Source: Octopus vulgaris (taxonomy: Eukaryota). Taken from it: a DNA stretch of 64,000 nt. The notes below the pieces were generated by a model that searched no databases, was not told the DNA's origin, and worked only from the letters and a program-made list of their open reading frames with translations. Below, piece after piece: positions 12,371-26,264 of the stretch. Every line of letters starts with the position of its first letter. Within the stretch, counting starts at the first letter, position 1. The stretch spans positions 47,988,001 through 48,052,000 of the forward strand of contig OX597822.1 of assembly GCA_951406725.2 (NCBI GenBank), read 5' to 3'. A program made the position numbers and the translations under genes.

Positions 12371-15072
12371 TATGTATGCTAATACAAACACACACACATA
12401 TTACATATTGATGCTTGTATATGAAGTGCAATTTAGCAAAAGATGTGTCAAGGCTAGAAAGAAATGAGGTGAGTGTGTTCTGTTGTATGTGTCATGGATG
12501 ATATAGAATTGAATGAGCTGAGAGAAAAACTAGGTATTAGAGGCATCAGCCTGAGTGAAAACTGCTGAGAACAAAGGACTATAGTTGGGTAAAAAGTACC
12601 AACTGATCCAAATTGAAGAAATCAGTGATGTGGAATAGATAGTGAGAGAACTATACTGCCAGTTAAAACATATCCACAGGCTGTATTTCAGTTTTATTAT
12701 CAATTAAATATTTAGTTAATAAATAAATTGATTAATTGGTTTCTCAAAGTTCTTTTGTTGTAGATTGATTTTATCGAGGACAATGTGTTACTTAAACAAA
12801 CAATTTCTTTTGGCTAACATACACACATACACATCCTGTTTTTTGCTGTGTTGGAGTCCATTTTAAGATATTGAACAAAACATATTTTCACACATGTGAA
12901 GCCATTATAGTGTTGTCAATGTGTATAAGTTATGTAGTTGTCTGTGAATATGCCACTTCAAATATTATTCGTTTAATTACAGTAACTAAATGTCTAAGTT
13001 AATTGAAATATAACTTAAATTTTTCTTTCTGACTTGTCCCTGTGAATTTATTGCCTGTGACTTAATTTCTGTTCACTTCTAACAAGCACAAAGCATACAG
13101 ACTGACTCAGACATAACTGTGTATGAGTCATTAAATTCAGGTCAAGAAGTATCAGCTTTGACAGTGTCTTTATGCTGTGTGTATGACTTTGCAAACTACA
13201 CAGAGTTTGTTGAACTTGTGTGATCTGCGGATACCATCTTCTAAAACCACATTGAGTAATGGGTCATTTCGGATTTTAAGACAGCAGGATGTCATTTGAA
13301 GGAAATCTGGCAGTTTCTAAAACAGGTTGAACAATTTGTTGATTAATTTTATTTCTAACAGAAGTGTGCTTGAGATCAAAAGATCGTGCTGGTATGACAT
13401 GTATGGGTGGGTAACTTGGAGGCGACTAACTAGTGGACACAATGTAAAGAGAGTATCTCAGCTGTCATTTAACCTAGAGCTAGGTGTGCCATAGTGTGAC
13501 CTGAATATAATTTTTTCCCCTAAACAATTAGTTCAGGTGTACTGCCAAATTTTGAAACGAAAATAAGTGTACTGCAAGTTAAAAAAGGTTGCAGAGCATT
13601 GGTTTAACCCAGTCGGAAGAAATAGTAGATAAATTTCCCTCATATCACACTCCACCATATTAAAGAGAAGACACAAAGGTTAATGGTCCTAAAGAAACAA
13701 TTATTCCATGTGTCTTCTCCATAACTGCTTCCCTGTCCTGTGACATGTGTTAAAACATATCCCTCTGGCATCCATGTATCATATCTTAATCATTCCAAAT
13801 TTTTTTTTTTACCAAACTAATTTGGTGACTTATGAAAGGAAAACTTTATATTACTCCAGAACATATGAAACTGGCTGACTAAAAGTCTGGAAACAAGAAT
13901 GGACATTTAGGACAAACTTATGAAAATGATTTGGACAGGCAAAGGTTTAAGATGGTATGGCCATGAATGGAATGCCTTTGAGGATATGTCTGCTCGATTA
14001 TGATCGATCTGAGTTAAGTGACAACAAACTAATACTAACTACTCCTCGCCTTGACCCCAGCTTCCTTACCTCGACTAAGGTTGCTATGAGGGTTTTCAGA
14101 CATACACCAGTAAACAAGGTAGAAGAAATGCAACAGACTTCTCACAGAGTGCTGAGGTAAATTCCAGTAGGTGCTAGGAGTACTGCAGCAATGAGACCCA
14201 TTAATAATACAATTTCGTCATAGTTCAATGGAATTGGATGCCCACTAATTCAGTACAGCACCAGGACTTGTGAGCACCCAAAATCTAAAAATGGCCGTTG
14301 TTGTGGTTATCAACCAGATACAAGCATGGAATATCCAGAGTGATGGATTTGTACGTCGCACAAGATTTAGCCATCTCTGTGCAAGGCTGAACCGTCACTA
14401 CACAACAATATCAACTCAGCCAACACCAGTGTAATTAACCCCTTGATGCAGAGTGTCATCTCAGCCTTCCAAAACAAAACAAAACAGCAGAGTCAGAAAA
14501 TTATTCTGTTTCAATTTTAAATAGTGACAGTTTTGTTAGAGCATAAGATAGAATGTGCTGTGATATTTGTTTGGACTTTGCGCTTCGAGTTCAAATCTCA
14601 GTGCAGAGTCGGAACATATTCTTTCATCCTTTTGGGAATCTATAAAATTGAAAGAACCAACTCAAGGTGGTGGGTCAGTAGAACTGTTAAAGTGTCAGGC
14701 AAAGATGCCATACAATATCTATTCCAGCTCACATTGCCTTCTGACAACAAAGCCTGCAATGACGCCTGGTGTTGTATTGGTTCAAGTCATTGGCTTTATA
14801 TTGAATAAACTTTGGTATCGCGAAGGGAGACGAGTGTACATAGGAAATAGGTAACTGCTTGTCCTTCTCAAAAACCAAAAAAGATTAAATCTTATTCAGG
14901 TTTACCCATAAAGAGCAGATGAATGGTCATCTTTCACCGATGGAGGTCCTAATATGCTGTCAACGTTTTACGAATCCAAACCATTGTGTAGTCATCCTTT
15001 TGTGACTTTTTAATCCATATAGTTCATACTTATTATATAATTCTGGTTACATTGTAGGTTAATGATTAATTG

Positions 15073-15480
15073 CAGGCATGGTTATGTGGTTAAGAATCTA
15101 GTTTTACAACCACGTGGTTTTGGGTTCAGTCCTACTGCGTGGCACCTTGGACAAGTGCCCACTACTAAAACCCCTGATCGATCAGTGCCTTGTGAGTGAA
15201 TTCGGTAGACAGAAACTGTGGAAGCCCATAGAGTGTGTGTGTGCATGTGTGTGTGTATATATATTTAGGTGTGTCTATGTTGACAGCAGGTATGGGTTTG
15301 TTTACGTTCCCGTAACTTCGTGGTTCGACAAATGAAACCGTAACAATATGTACCAGATTAAAAAAACAAAAACGAGTGTGTGTGTGTGTGTGTGTGTGGA
15401 TCAATTTGTTTGACTAAAATCCTTCAAGGCGGTGCTCCATCATGGCCGCACTTCAATGACCGAAACGAATGAAAGTAACA
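15073..15480 (+). mobile_element. tRNA-derived CORE-type SINE (family A)
   Basis: Pol III A/B-box-like head, CACCTTGGRCAAGT core, internal (TG)n. Further copies at ~5280-5560, 7360-7700, 17438-17795, 26855-27652, 32165-32545, 41040-41421 and 55200-55625. Confidence 0.8.
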
Positions 15481-17890
15481 TAAAATAAACGAAAATTAAA
15501 ATTTTCGCATTAAATGTGTTGCTTGGCTGAAAAATGAGATATCTGGAATAAAAGATACGTGGGTTTACAACAGTACTAAAAGACACGCCATTATTTTATA
15601 ACCACAACCATTCCAAAGAAACAGGTAAACCTTCAGCTGACAGCATTAAGTTGGCAGCCACCAATGCGACTTTGCTAAGTACTTGGCAACACACCAGCGT
15701 ATGTTGTCGTCTGTGAATATGCATATTCCAAGGAGTGATCAGTCCAAAGAAGCCATGTCTAAACCGTTGGGAATAAAGAACTCAATGATAAATCTGAGAG
15801 TGAATAAATATTTAATCCATAATTGTTACACACACACACAACGCACACAGTTCTTCAGTGTATCCAGTCAGCATTATTCACCATACTAGTGGACTTAAAA
15901 CGACCGCAAAATATGCAAACATATGGAATAAGATAGAAGGGATGGGTTAACATACGTAACGTAACCCAAGCAAAATTTTTATCAATTAAAATTCCATATA
16001 TAATGAGGAGAAAAAAACACACCGTATTTATTCATGTATAAAAAAAAACAACAACCTGAGATGCGACTTATACGCTGGAACTACCGGGAAAACTATGGTG
16101 CCAAGGTTTAACACTATGTGCAAGGCTGAACCGTCACTACACAACAATATCAACTCAGCCAAGACAAGTGGCTGGCACGATACTATTGGAGATTACATAT
16201 TTCATGACAAATATTAAAAACCAAGCTTTTATTTTCCGGTTGTATTCTAGAAACGTTAGAATATCCTTTTCTACTTTAGACACAAGGCCCGAAATTTTGG
16301 GGAAAGGGACAGTCGATTAGATCGACCCCAGTACGCAACTGGTACTTAATTTATCGATCCCGAAAGAATGAACGGCAGAGTCGACCTCGGCGGAATTTGA
16401 ACTCAGAACGTAAAGACAGACGAGTTACAATATCAACACTTATTGCATTCAATTTTGTCTTGCTGTTGCTTTTAACCCCAAGCTGTCTCTGTTTGAGCAG
16501 ATGTATAAACAAAAGTATCTCAGGCGTGATCATATCGATTTTTCTGCAGGCATAGTGTACCATGGAATAAAGAAATTCGATGTGTACTGTTATGTCTTTT
16601 TTTCAAGACAGTCGGTTGTACTTTTAAGAGAGTTCTGACTACTACTTCAAGTAAATCGAGCAACAACGTAAATAGCTCGAAGTAGTTATTGTATCAAGCA
16701 TATGGAAAGACAACATATTGGCTCGTCGATAAAATATATTAAGATATCGATAAAGAAAAATGCAGTTAGTTGCTGCCATAAAATGGCTTGTCAATTCGCT
16801 ATGTATGTATGTGCGGGCGCGCATGAAATGTCATCCTCCTTTATTACGAAAGATATAAAATAACTTCTTCTAATTTAGGACACAGGGTCAGAAGCTTGAG
16901 GGGGGGGGCGTCAGTCGATACCATCAACCTCAATATTTGATTGGTACTTTGTTTTAGTATCACAAAAGGACGAAAGGCAAAGTTGGCCTCGGCAGGGTTT
17001 GAACTCAGAACGTAAAGAGTCGGATATGGCATTAAATAACACAAAGGTATCAAACATACGACCCTCGGCAATGTGGAGTGCGGGTCCCGAGTCAATTTAA
17101 TATAAAATAAATAGTATTTTTTTAGAATAATAAATTGAGAAATGAGGAAAGCCTCTAACAATACAGGAAGTTTAAAAAACCTTTATATTTCGGGTGCAAA
17201 GGTCCATTTTCAGAAGGATACAGTCAATATTTTCATAATTTTAAACACACTCAGTAAAATGGAGTGTCACTGGTTCCGATAAGTGAAATCAGTGCACATT
17301 ACAGCATCTTTTGCTATTTCAATCAATGAAAAAGAAGTTTGGGAATTTAGATATTAACGATATTTCCTATTTCCCCATTTATCTCTGATTAAACACGTCG
17401 ACAACAAAGTCCTCCCTGCCAAATTTATTAGAAATCCAGGCGCCGACATGGCTGTGTTGTTAAGAAGCCCGCTTTGCAACCATGTGGTTTCGGGTTCAGT
17501 CCCAACACGCGGCAAATTGGACACATGCCTTCTATCGTAGCTTTGTGAGTGGATTTGGTTGACGGAAGCTGTGGAAGCTAGTTGTGTGTGTGTGTGTGTG
17601 TTTTCCCCCACCACCCCTTGGTGTAGGTTTATGTCCCCGTAACTAAGCGGTTCGGCAAAAAGACACCGACAGAATAAATACCAGACTTAATGAAAAAGAA
17701 GCACTGGGGTCGATTTGTTGGACTAAAACCCTTCAAGGCGGTGCCCCAGTATGGTCGCAGTCCGATGACTGAAACAAGTATAAAAGATAGAAGATACATG
17801 TTCGTTCGACTGGGTTCCAGTGATTCGCCACGAGAGATCGTTAGCCACTAAACCTTTTTCTATTTTCTCTCCCTGTTTATTTCTGTGTTC

Positions 17891-17926
17891 CTTTCTGTCG
17901 AAGAGCGTAGGCTCGAAACGTAAAAG
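17891..17926 (+). ncRNA. Degenerate minimal hammerhead-like motif in a dispersed repeat
   Basis: CTTT-CTGTCGA-A-GAGC-GTAG-GCTC-GAAAC-GTA-AAAG; core A6 is substituted. Confidence 0.35.
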
Positions 17927-18654
17927 ACTTTCTCACTTCCCGAGCGTTAAACTAATACATCTGTTTGTTGTTTACACACCCGTCTTGGTTTTTTTTTTTA
18001 ATGTAAATTCTCACTTCCAGTGAGATGAACGACATTGAGAGATTTTGGAGCTGAAACAGCAAGCTTTCCATCAAGCCTTGGTTATTCTCAAGAAGTGTAA
18101 TGCATTGATTTTAATTTCTATATTCGTTCTCACTTTACGACGTTAACTAACCAAATTATCATGTAGCTAAGTTTCTTCTACACATCTCTGTACACAAAAT
18201 TTACACACACCTCATATTTCTCTTCTGCATCTCTTATTATAAAAGGCAGATTTTATCTGCCTCCCTTTGGGAGTTATACAAATCTACAATATAGGATTTC
18301 TTCAATTACAATTTACCTAGCAATTTTAAGAGTACAATGCATCGCGTCATGCCAGCTCCAGTTTTTAAAATTTAAACTCCAATTAAGCAAAATTTACAGA
18401 AAACTCACATTCTGGTGTGTGTGTCAAATGCTTTTCTTAGTCTGGTTTACACCACACGCAAACGCACACACACAGTGGGCAACGAATAAAATGAAAGTAA
18501 ATAGCGGACAGAGTGATTTGAGGAAGACTAAAGTGAAAGTATTCTGTCTATGACGATGATAGATACATGAGTAAAATGTATGGGAAGCTAAGAGCTAAGA
18601 GTGAGTGAAAATGTTCTTGGAAGAGAGTAATTAGTAATAAAGTAAACATACACT

Positions 18655-18689
18655 CATACATACATACATACATACATACATACATACAT

Positions 18690-18726
<37 letters not shown>

Positions 18727-18830
18727 TACACACACACATACATACACACACACATACATACATACATACATATACATACATACATACATACATACATATA
18801 CATACATACATACACACACACACATACACA
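18655..18830. repeat. (CATA)n/(CA)n microsatellite
   Basis: Directly visible. Confidence 0.95.
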
Positions 18831-18989
18831 CAGTATTGAAGCTTGAGAACAATCAGATACATTTGCAACACATCTGTTGAAAATATTATTGTTCACACAC
18901 ATACATATACATATATACATACAGACAGACAGACAGATAGACACACACACACACACACATGATCCAGCATGGCCACAACCTCAAGGCTG

Positions 18990-19380
18990 AAACATATAAA
19001 ACAATAACAGAATATAAATGTGTGCAAAGTACAAGAAATATTAATGCAGTATATGGGGATTGGACAATAAGCGTAAGGCAGTGTCAATGGTGGTTCCAGA
19101 AATCCCGAGCCATAAACTACAGCCTAGAAGACGAGCCTCATCCTGAAAGATCTGTAGAACTCGACAAGGACATCCTGAAAACCCTGGTGGAACAAAATAT
19201 CATCGTAACTGTTGAGGAACTAGCAGAGAAGCTTGGATTTGGTCATTCAACCATTCATTGACACCTGTGTGCTATCGGAAAAGTCAGCAAATTGGGTCAA
19301 TGGGTTCCTCACGAACTTTCCGAGTCTAATTGCATGCAGAGAGTGAATGTATGCTTTTCTTTGCTGTCATATCTCACCAC
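18990..19380 (+). mobile_element. Mariner transposase N-terminal (HTH) fragment, decayed
   Basis: RNINAVYG...WFQK...SLEDEPHPER...VEELAEKLGFGHSTIH, then a stop, then LGQWVPHELS; mariner WVPHEL linker. Confidence 0.8.
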
Positions 19381-22300
19381 TACTGCGCTATGTATATCTA
19401 TATATATAAAACTGTAGTTGTGTGAGTGTCTGTCCCCTTCGATTTAGATTCCTAACTACTCCCACATTTTGCGGTACAGTTTAACCAAATTCGGGTAGCT
19501 TATAGTCGTGATTCATATCGAGCCCGTCTGAATATTAGCGCGCGTCTACGATGAGTCTACGATTTTAAAAATAATTTAACATCATTTTTTATTCCATTTT
19601 AATGCATAATTTTTCGTGTGTCGATGGCGGCGGAGTTGGCGTCCACGCTCACATCTGCACCTGTGGGGAAGGGAGTGTAAGGAAATCAACGTCGTAATGC
19701 GTTGTCAAGGAGACCAGTGTTCTTTTAGAACAACGACTTCATGGCTTCAAGACACCAAAACAGAAATGGCTAAGAAAGCGTCTACATGAGTCTACGATTT
19801 AAAAAAAAATTTACCATCGTTTTTTTTCCATTTTAATGCATTTTTTCGCTATTGTATAAGGGAAGTAACTCTCTAAAAATGTCTACGATGAGTCAACGAT
19901 TTTAAAAAAAATTTACCATCATATTTTTTCCATTTTTAATGCATTGATTTTAATTTCTATCTTCGTTCTCACTTTACGACGTTAACTAACCAAATTATCA
20001 TGTAGCTAAGTTTCTTCTACACATCTCTGTACACAAAATTTACACACACCTCATATTTCTCTTCTGCATTGTCAATAAAGTTAAGGTAATGTATATTAAC
20101 CCCTTCACCCATTTATTTTGCCTTACATTATGATTAGGATTTTTAAGGAATAATTGTCCGTATCCGGGCCGCGAGATCCATTTTAAGCGTCTGCAAAGGC
20201 CAAACAAGTTCGATACCTTATGTAGTTGGTTATCAGGCATCATTGCATAACAGGAGAGCATCAACAACGTAAACGAGGGCTCTGCTACATGCTAGAGATA
20301 GCGGTCTAATGTCCTTCAACTCACAGTTTTAGAAAGGGATGGAGAGTGTGGTAGTGGATTTCCTGTATATAGGAAAAAGACGTTCACGGCTGGATTGCCT
20401 TTAATCTTAAGTCTGCTCGATCAGGCACTAAACAAGGACAACTCAGCGAGGTTGCATGTACATAGTCTTTGATCTGCGCGTAAGAGTTGTCGAATCACTC
20501 CCTATTGTTATAAACAGGAAAAGAGCAGATTAGATCGTATAGTCTTACACATAGCTGTATCAAGTCACGATTGCAATATCTTTAGTTGTAGGTTTTTCTC
20601 GATGAAGTTCGTCTTGGGGCTAAAAACAACAGCCCAATGGCGAAACCTATACGCATTCTCGTTGGAAATAGAAGTCAAATTTCTCTCGAAACATATACTT
20701 CCGTCACAGAAAAGTAGAGTACATTAGACAATGCTCAAAGACGGAGTGGTCTCAATTGGAATGACTTGGGTAACAAGATCTACTATATTAGAACTGGTCT
20801 GCAGCGAAATGACAACTATTGCGGCCTGGCTCACTAATAAATCACTAGAACATAAATACATGATCACATTCTTTCCATAGACCAACCAACCCAACAACGA
20901 AATACAAATACACAAAAAGGAAAACCTCTTAGACATATGAAAGTACAAAGTTCATTGACAAACCTATACAGTCTTTCATATCACTCCTAAATACCGAGAC
21001 ACAACTACAACACCATTACAAAAGAAAAGCTATAAATAAACATTACTTTTCAAAGGATCATGAAATATAGTGCGCGCGCGCACACACGTGGGAGAAAGGG
21101 ACGAGCGGATCAGTTAGTTTACTCCCTAGCGCAGGTGTGAAGAAGCACAAAATTGGGGCCGCCAAATTTCAAATTTTGGCATAAAGCCAGTAATTTTAGG
21201 TGAAGGGATAAGTCGATTTTATAGCCCTCAGTACTCAATTGGCGCTTTATTTTATCGACAAATGCAAAGTCGACCTCAGCGGAATTTGAACTCAGAACGT
21301 AAAGAGCCGGAAGAAATTCCGTTAAGTCTTTTGTCCGGCGTGGCAATGATTCTGCCAGCCCGCCGCCTTAATAATAATCCTTTCAATAAAGCCTGACAGT
21401 TAGGGGAAGCAGGTAGACGATTACATCGACCCCAGTACTCAACTGGTACTCATTTCATCGATCCCAAAAAGATGAAAGGCAAAGTAGACTTCGGCGGAAT
21501 TTGAACTCAGAACGTAAGACGGACGAAATGCCGCTAAACATTTAGTCCGACGTGCCAACGATTCTGTCAGTTCGCCACCTTCTATAAATCTGTGCATCAG
21601 CTTCGAGTCCCGATTCAAATCAGTTTGCTCCACAAATTACAATAATGAGAACACTCACAAACGTTATGCATTCTCGTTCTCTCTTCTGCAAGGACCGTTT
21701 TGTCTTTCATTCTGGAATTATTCGAGATATAAATATCAGTTAAATACTAGATCGATATTATCGACAATTTACTCCTCCAAATTTGTAACCTCGTGCCTGT
21801 GTTCGAAATCACTTTTAAAAATATCACAGGCTAATCTCAACACAGTAGCTTGCCTCCTAGAAATAGCAGCTCTGAAATCACAATTTTTTAGAAAAGAAGG
21901 GACACATGAGACGATGTAATCCTAGATATATAAATAAACAGCAGGATTATCTCCGGCCTTTCAATCAAGACTGACCCAGGGTTAACCAGCATCATTAAAT
22001 ATATCAAGTCGGCAATCTTGAGTTCAGTTTCTGGTGTTTGCTAAGATTGTCACCAAAACATCTTTGCTGAATTGCGTGTCCCAAGCCAGTCTTGATCGAG
22101 TAGACGATCTATGATCAAAAGACATACCATCCATGGCCATTCCGTCTTTTTAATCATTTTACAATGTGCCACTTTTTTTTTTAATGTAGTGTGATTTCGG
22201 GAAGCGAGGTGGGCGAGTGATTTAGCTATTATTTCTAGCAGGTTGAAGAAGCTCCCTTGTTGCTTCGTGAATGCACTGAAGTAATGCATGAATGTCACCC

Positions 22301-22921
22301 AATCCTACCACCGCCTCTTACTGACATCTCGTGACCTTATTTATGCTTAATCGTTATCAGACAAACCACTACAGACATCCATTAATAGAGAAGAATTAAT
22401 TTCATGACAGGGATCGAATTCCGGGTTTATTTTGCTTCTAATTAAATACCCTCGAAAAAGACATGAATTTCACACACGCCTATTTATGGTCCCGCCTTAT
22501 ATCTTCACCCTTTCTTACACCCTCCATCTCATCGCCGTAGATTTGTCTTGCAATATTATACATACATATATAACTGATAAAGGCTAAGCAGACCGAAACT
22601 TCGATGTCACTGTCAACGCTATTCTTGTAAGTGGATAAATAAACGTACTCTACAAAAGATATTGAACAATCCGTCTGTTTAATGCAGAACTGTTTTTTTA
22701 TTGCAATTTAACACACACACACACACAAAATCCTTAATACATGCACACAAAATCGCATATGCGTGTGTACATTTGGGTGTGAACAGGGTTAGGGTTTCAT
22801 TACATGTCAGTAAAGTTTATTTCCTTCGAATAACACATGCGCAGAAATATATATATGTAATATACACTATATATACATTATATATATATATATATATATA
22901 TCAAATATATTTTTTACCCAC

Positions 22922-23077
22922 CTGGCAGCCCTTCTTGTGATGAAACCCCACCACAATAACATGCAGTATGGGGTTTTTGCGTCGCCTGCTGTCATCATCT
23001 TCCACGCCACCGCCACCAACTCTGTTGTAATCCTGGTCGCCACTGGCCGGAGACGACACCCCACTCTTCGAAGACAT
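22922..23077 (-). CDS. AVL9: AVL9 coding exon 1 (start codon at 23077); followed by a ~16.5 kb intron 1
   Basis: MSSKSGVSSPASGDQDYNRVGGGGVEDDDSRRRKNPILHVIVVGFHHKKGCQ with CAG|gtgggt donor. VVGFHHKKGCQ is the conserved AVL9 N-terminal motif and joins in frame to exon 2. Confidence 0.93.
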
Positions 23078-23519
23078 ATTTTTTTTCCAATGTACCTTGC
23101 CTTGTTCAAGTCGACATCTTGTGTACTTCTCTCTTTCCTTATGGTAATAACAATTAAAAGAAATATAAATATAATTTTTTCCCCTCGATGCTGTCGTCGT
23201 TTTTAGTCTCCGTCGGAATTTTTCAATTCAAATCCCTTGATTGTTATTATTATTCTTCTTTTTACGATGTAATCCCTGAATATGTCAAGTTATGTTATGA
23301 GTCTTACAACATACATCTTGTTTTCCCCCCGTCTCACACAGTAAACGTCAGTGATGCATGAAACTGTGTGATGTGAGTGTAATATGGTTTGTTTTTCCTC
23401 TTCTTTCTTTCCTTTTGTTTATTTTTTTCTGTTATATTTCTCTTTTTTGCTTTGCTTGGGTGTGTTTGTTTTGTTAGCCTACTTGACTTCCTTTTTCGAA
23501 GGAGGCAACTTACAACACC

Positions 23520-23535
23520 GGTTCTGATTGGACGA
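23520..23535 (-). promoter_or_regulatory. Candidate CCAAT box in the AVL9 promoter
   Basis: CTGATTGGAC (CCAATCAG on the minus strand) about 450 bp upstream of the ATG, in repeat-free sequence. Confidence 0.35.
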
Positions 23536-24510
23536 TTATTAGGAAAATAATTAATAAAGTATAAGACTTCTACCAGAAATTCCACGAATCACGTTGAGGT
23601 TTATCTAAGTTATTTAATAAAAAAAAATTAATATCAATAATTTAAATAAGATCGAATAGTCCTCCGCCCTCTAAAGGTTGAGGGAGGATATAAAGAGAGT
23701 CAGAGTAAGAAAGAGAGGGAGAGCAAATGGAGATGGACGACGACGTTTATACAAAGCTGGCCAGTCAGCATGTAAATTCGAATTGTTTTATTTATTATGA
23801 TAACAACACTTCATTTTGGCATGTTTGATCAACAATAAATGTTACATATGTAAATGTGTGTAAGTATGCATATGTATACGTGCATACCTATACACATGCA
23901 TATGTATATGTGCTTATCTATGGATATGTGTATGAGTGCGCGTAGTCGCAAAGTTACATCACTAAATATATACAAAGCTAACCTATAAAGATTCGCACTT
24001 GGATTGTTTGCAAACGATATGTGTTGACTGTCATAGTTGAAAAAGAAATTGCTTTTTAACAATTTTTCCAATCTTAAATCTAATTAAAGCCACTATGTTT
24101 GGGTTTTGATCATTAACGACAACTATAATACGTCGATTACGAAAAAAAATGGCCCAAGAGCACCTGACTGGTATTTTAATTACATCTAGTCTTGAACGGA
24201 AAGTCAAAGGTCGACCCTGGCGGCAGCATTTGAAATAAGAATATAAAGGGACGTAACTTAACACAGCAAAGAATTTGTCCGTCAAATATATTTTGATAAT
24301 CCGTCCGCCTCTCATGTGAATGTTATATTAGTCGTTGTTGATATTCTTTACCTCCAGGTTAACCCCGGTTGAACAGATTTATAACCAAAGACAATCTATT
24401 TGCAATGATTTTCAGGTAAAATGTATCTTGGATGATGTCATCTAACAGCAGTCTCCAACCATATTTGGACCACTGACTGGTTTCATGCAATCACAGGCAT
24501 AACAAAATAC

Positions 24511-25055
24511 GGTTAATGTTTACAAATTGACCCGGAAAGGAAAATCAGAAAAAAATAGTGCAACAGGTGTAAAAAAAGTGTGTAGGAAACGTATGTGGAA
24601 AAAAAAAAAAATGCGCGCATAGCAGGAAACGTATATGAAAAAAAAATACGCGCATAGCAACGGGAGAGTGGGGAGAGGACCTCGGAAAATTCACAAGATC
24701 CGAGTTTTTCCCTCATAACTTTTAGGAAAATGGGTTTCTATTTTTCAATGAAATTTTATATAAATATCTTTCAAACGGCATACATTACAATTGTAAAGTA
24801 ATTTGTGGGTAAAATCTTGAGGTGGGGAGAGGACTTTCGGAAAATTCCCAAGATCCGAATTTTTCCTCGTTATATTCCGAAATCACATTCAACTTTCTAC
24901 AGATACCCTAGCGTAGAACTACTACACTACGTAGTGTTTGTTTCTACCCACTTTCTATAATTTTTAATGTTTTGGCTTCAATTTTGTTTCATTTTATTTT
25001 CAATTATTTTTACGCTTTTTAAACCCTTCCGTCGTTATTCTCATTCACTCGTTAT

Positions 25056-25150
<95 letters not shown>

Positions 25151-25175
25151 TACATCTATATACATCATACATACA

Positions 25176-25259
<84 letters not shown>

Positions 25260-25592
25260 TATCCAGTTATAAGGGAAAAACTCGGATCTTGTGAATTTTC
25301 CGAAGTCCTCTCCCCACCCCCTTGGAAAAGATTTCCCCCACAAATTTCTCTATAATCGTAATGCATGCCGTTTGAAAGGTGTTTCTATAAAATTTCATTG
25401 AAAAAAACCCCATTTTCCTAAAAGTTATGAGAAAAAAACTCGGATTTGTGAATTTTCCCAGGTCCTCTCCCCACCCCCACGTTGCTTTGCGCGCATCTTT
25501 TTTTTCCTATTCGTTTCCTAAACATTTTTTTTACACCCATTGCACTATTTTTCTCTGATTTTCGTTTCCGGGTCAAGTTGTAAACATTAACC
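24511..25592. mobile_element. Foldback-type non-autonomous DNA transposon with ~350-bp modular TIRs and 8-bp TSD
   Basis: Ends GGTTAATGTTTACAA / TTGTAAACATTAACC; TSD CAAAATAC at 24503-24510 and 25593-25600; microsatellite in the spacer. Confidence 0.8.
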
Positions 25593-26174
25593 CAAAATAC
25601 GATAAAATGCATAATATATAATTTAATTATTACATATATATCGTATATACGAGCAAAACGCTCCCTGTCCAATGGACGGTGCTGAATCATATCTGCTGAA
25701 TAAAAAGCAATCAGTGTTTTCTTTTCATTAATAAATAATCAAGCATGCTTTTATTTCAATAAAATTTTTGGTTTTATTAAACGAAGTTAAGGCAAAAAAA
25801 AAAAAATTTTTTTTTGAGAAACCAAATAGTCTTTCCTTCCTTCATGCCAAGTTTGAAGAAAATATTTCTTTTGCATCTTACATTTTTGGTCCCTTAAATA
25901 TACTTCATTTTGTGGCATTATTTCAAACCAGCCGGCTTTTTTTTTTGTGCAAATTGCACGGGCATTTTTCACGCGTACGCATAGTATCGATCGCAACAGC
26001 TGATGTACTTGCGCGTAGAAATGCACGTTCCCATGGCTTTATCGATCGCATTCTCACCTGGAATCGATTTTTGTAATTTTTCAAGACTTATACACGCCCT
26101 GATACCGTCGGTATCTAGATATCAAATTTGAGCGCAATCTGATGGAGGATGACCGAGATCCTAGAAGACACACA

Positions 26175-26213
<39 letters not shown>

Positions 26214-26214
26214 G

Positions 26215-26264
<50 letters not shown>

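Noticed and set aside
18548-18956. Overlapping ORFs rich in C/V/M/Y (also at 25041-25366, 26081-26356, 58750-59063)
   Set aside because: Stop-free frames arising from (CA)n, (CATA)n and (TA)n microsatellites.
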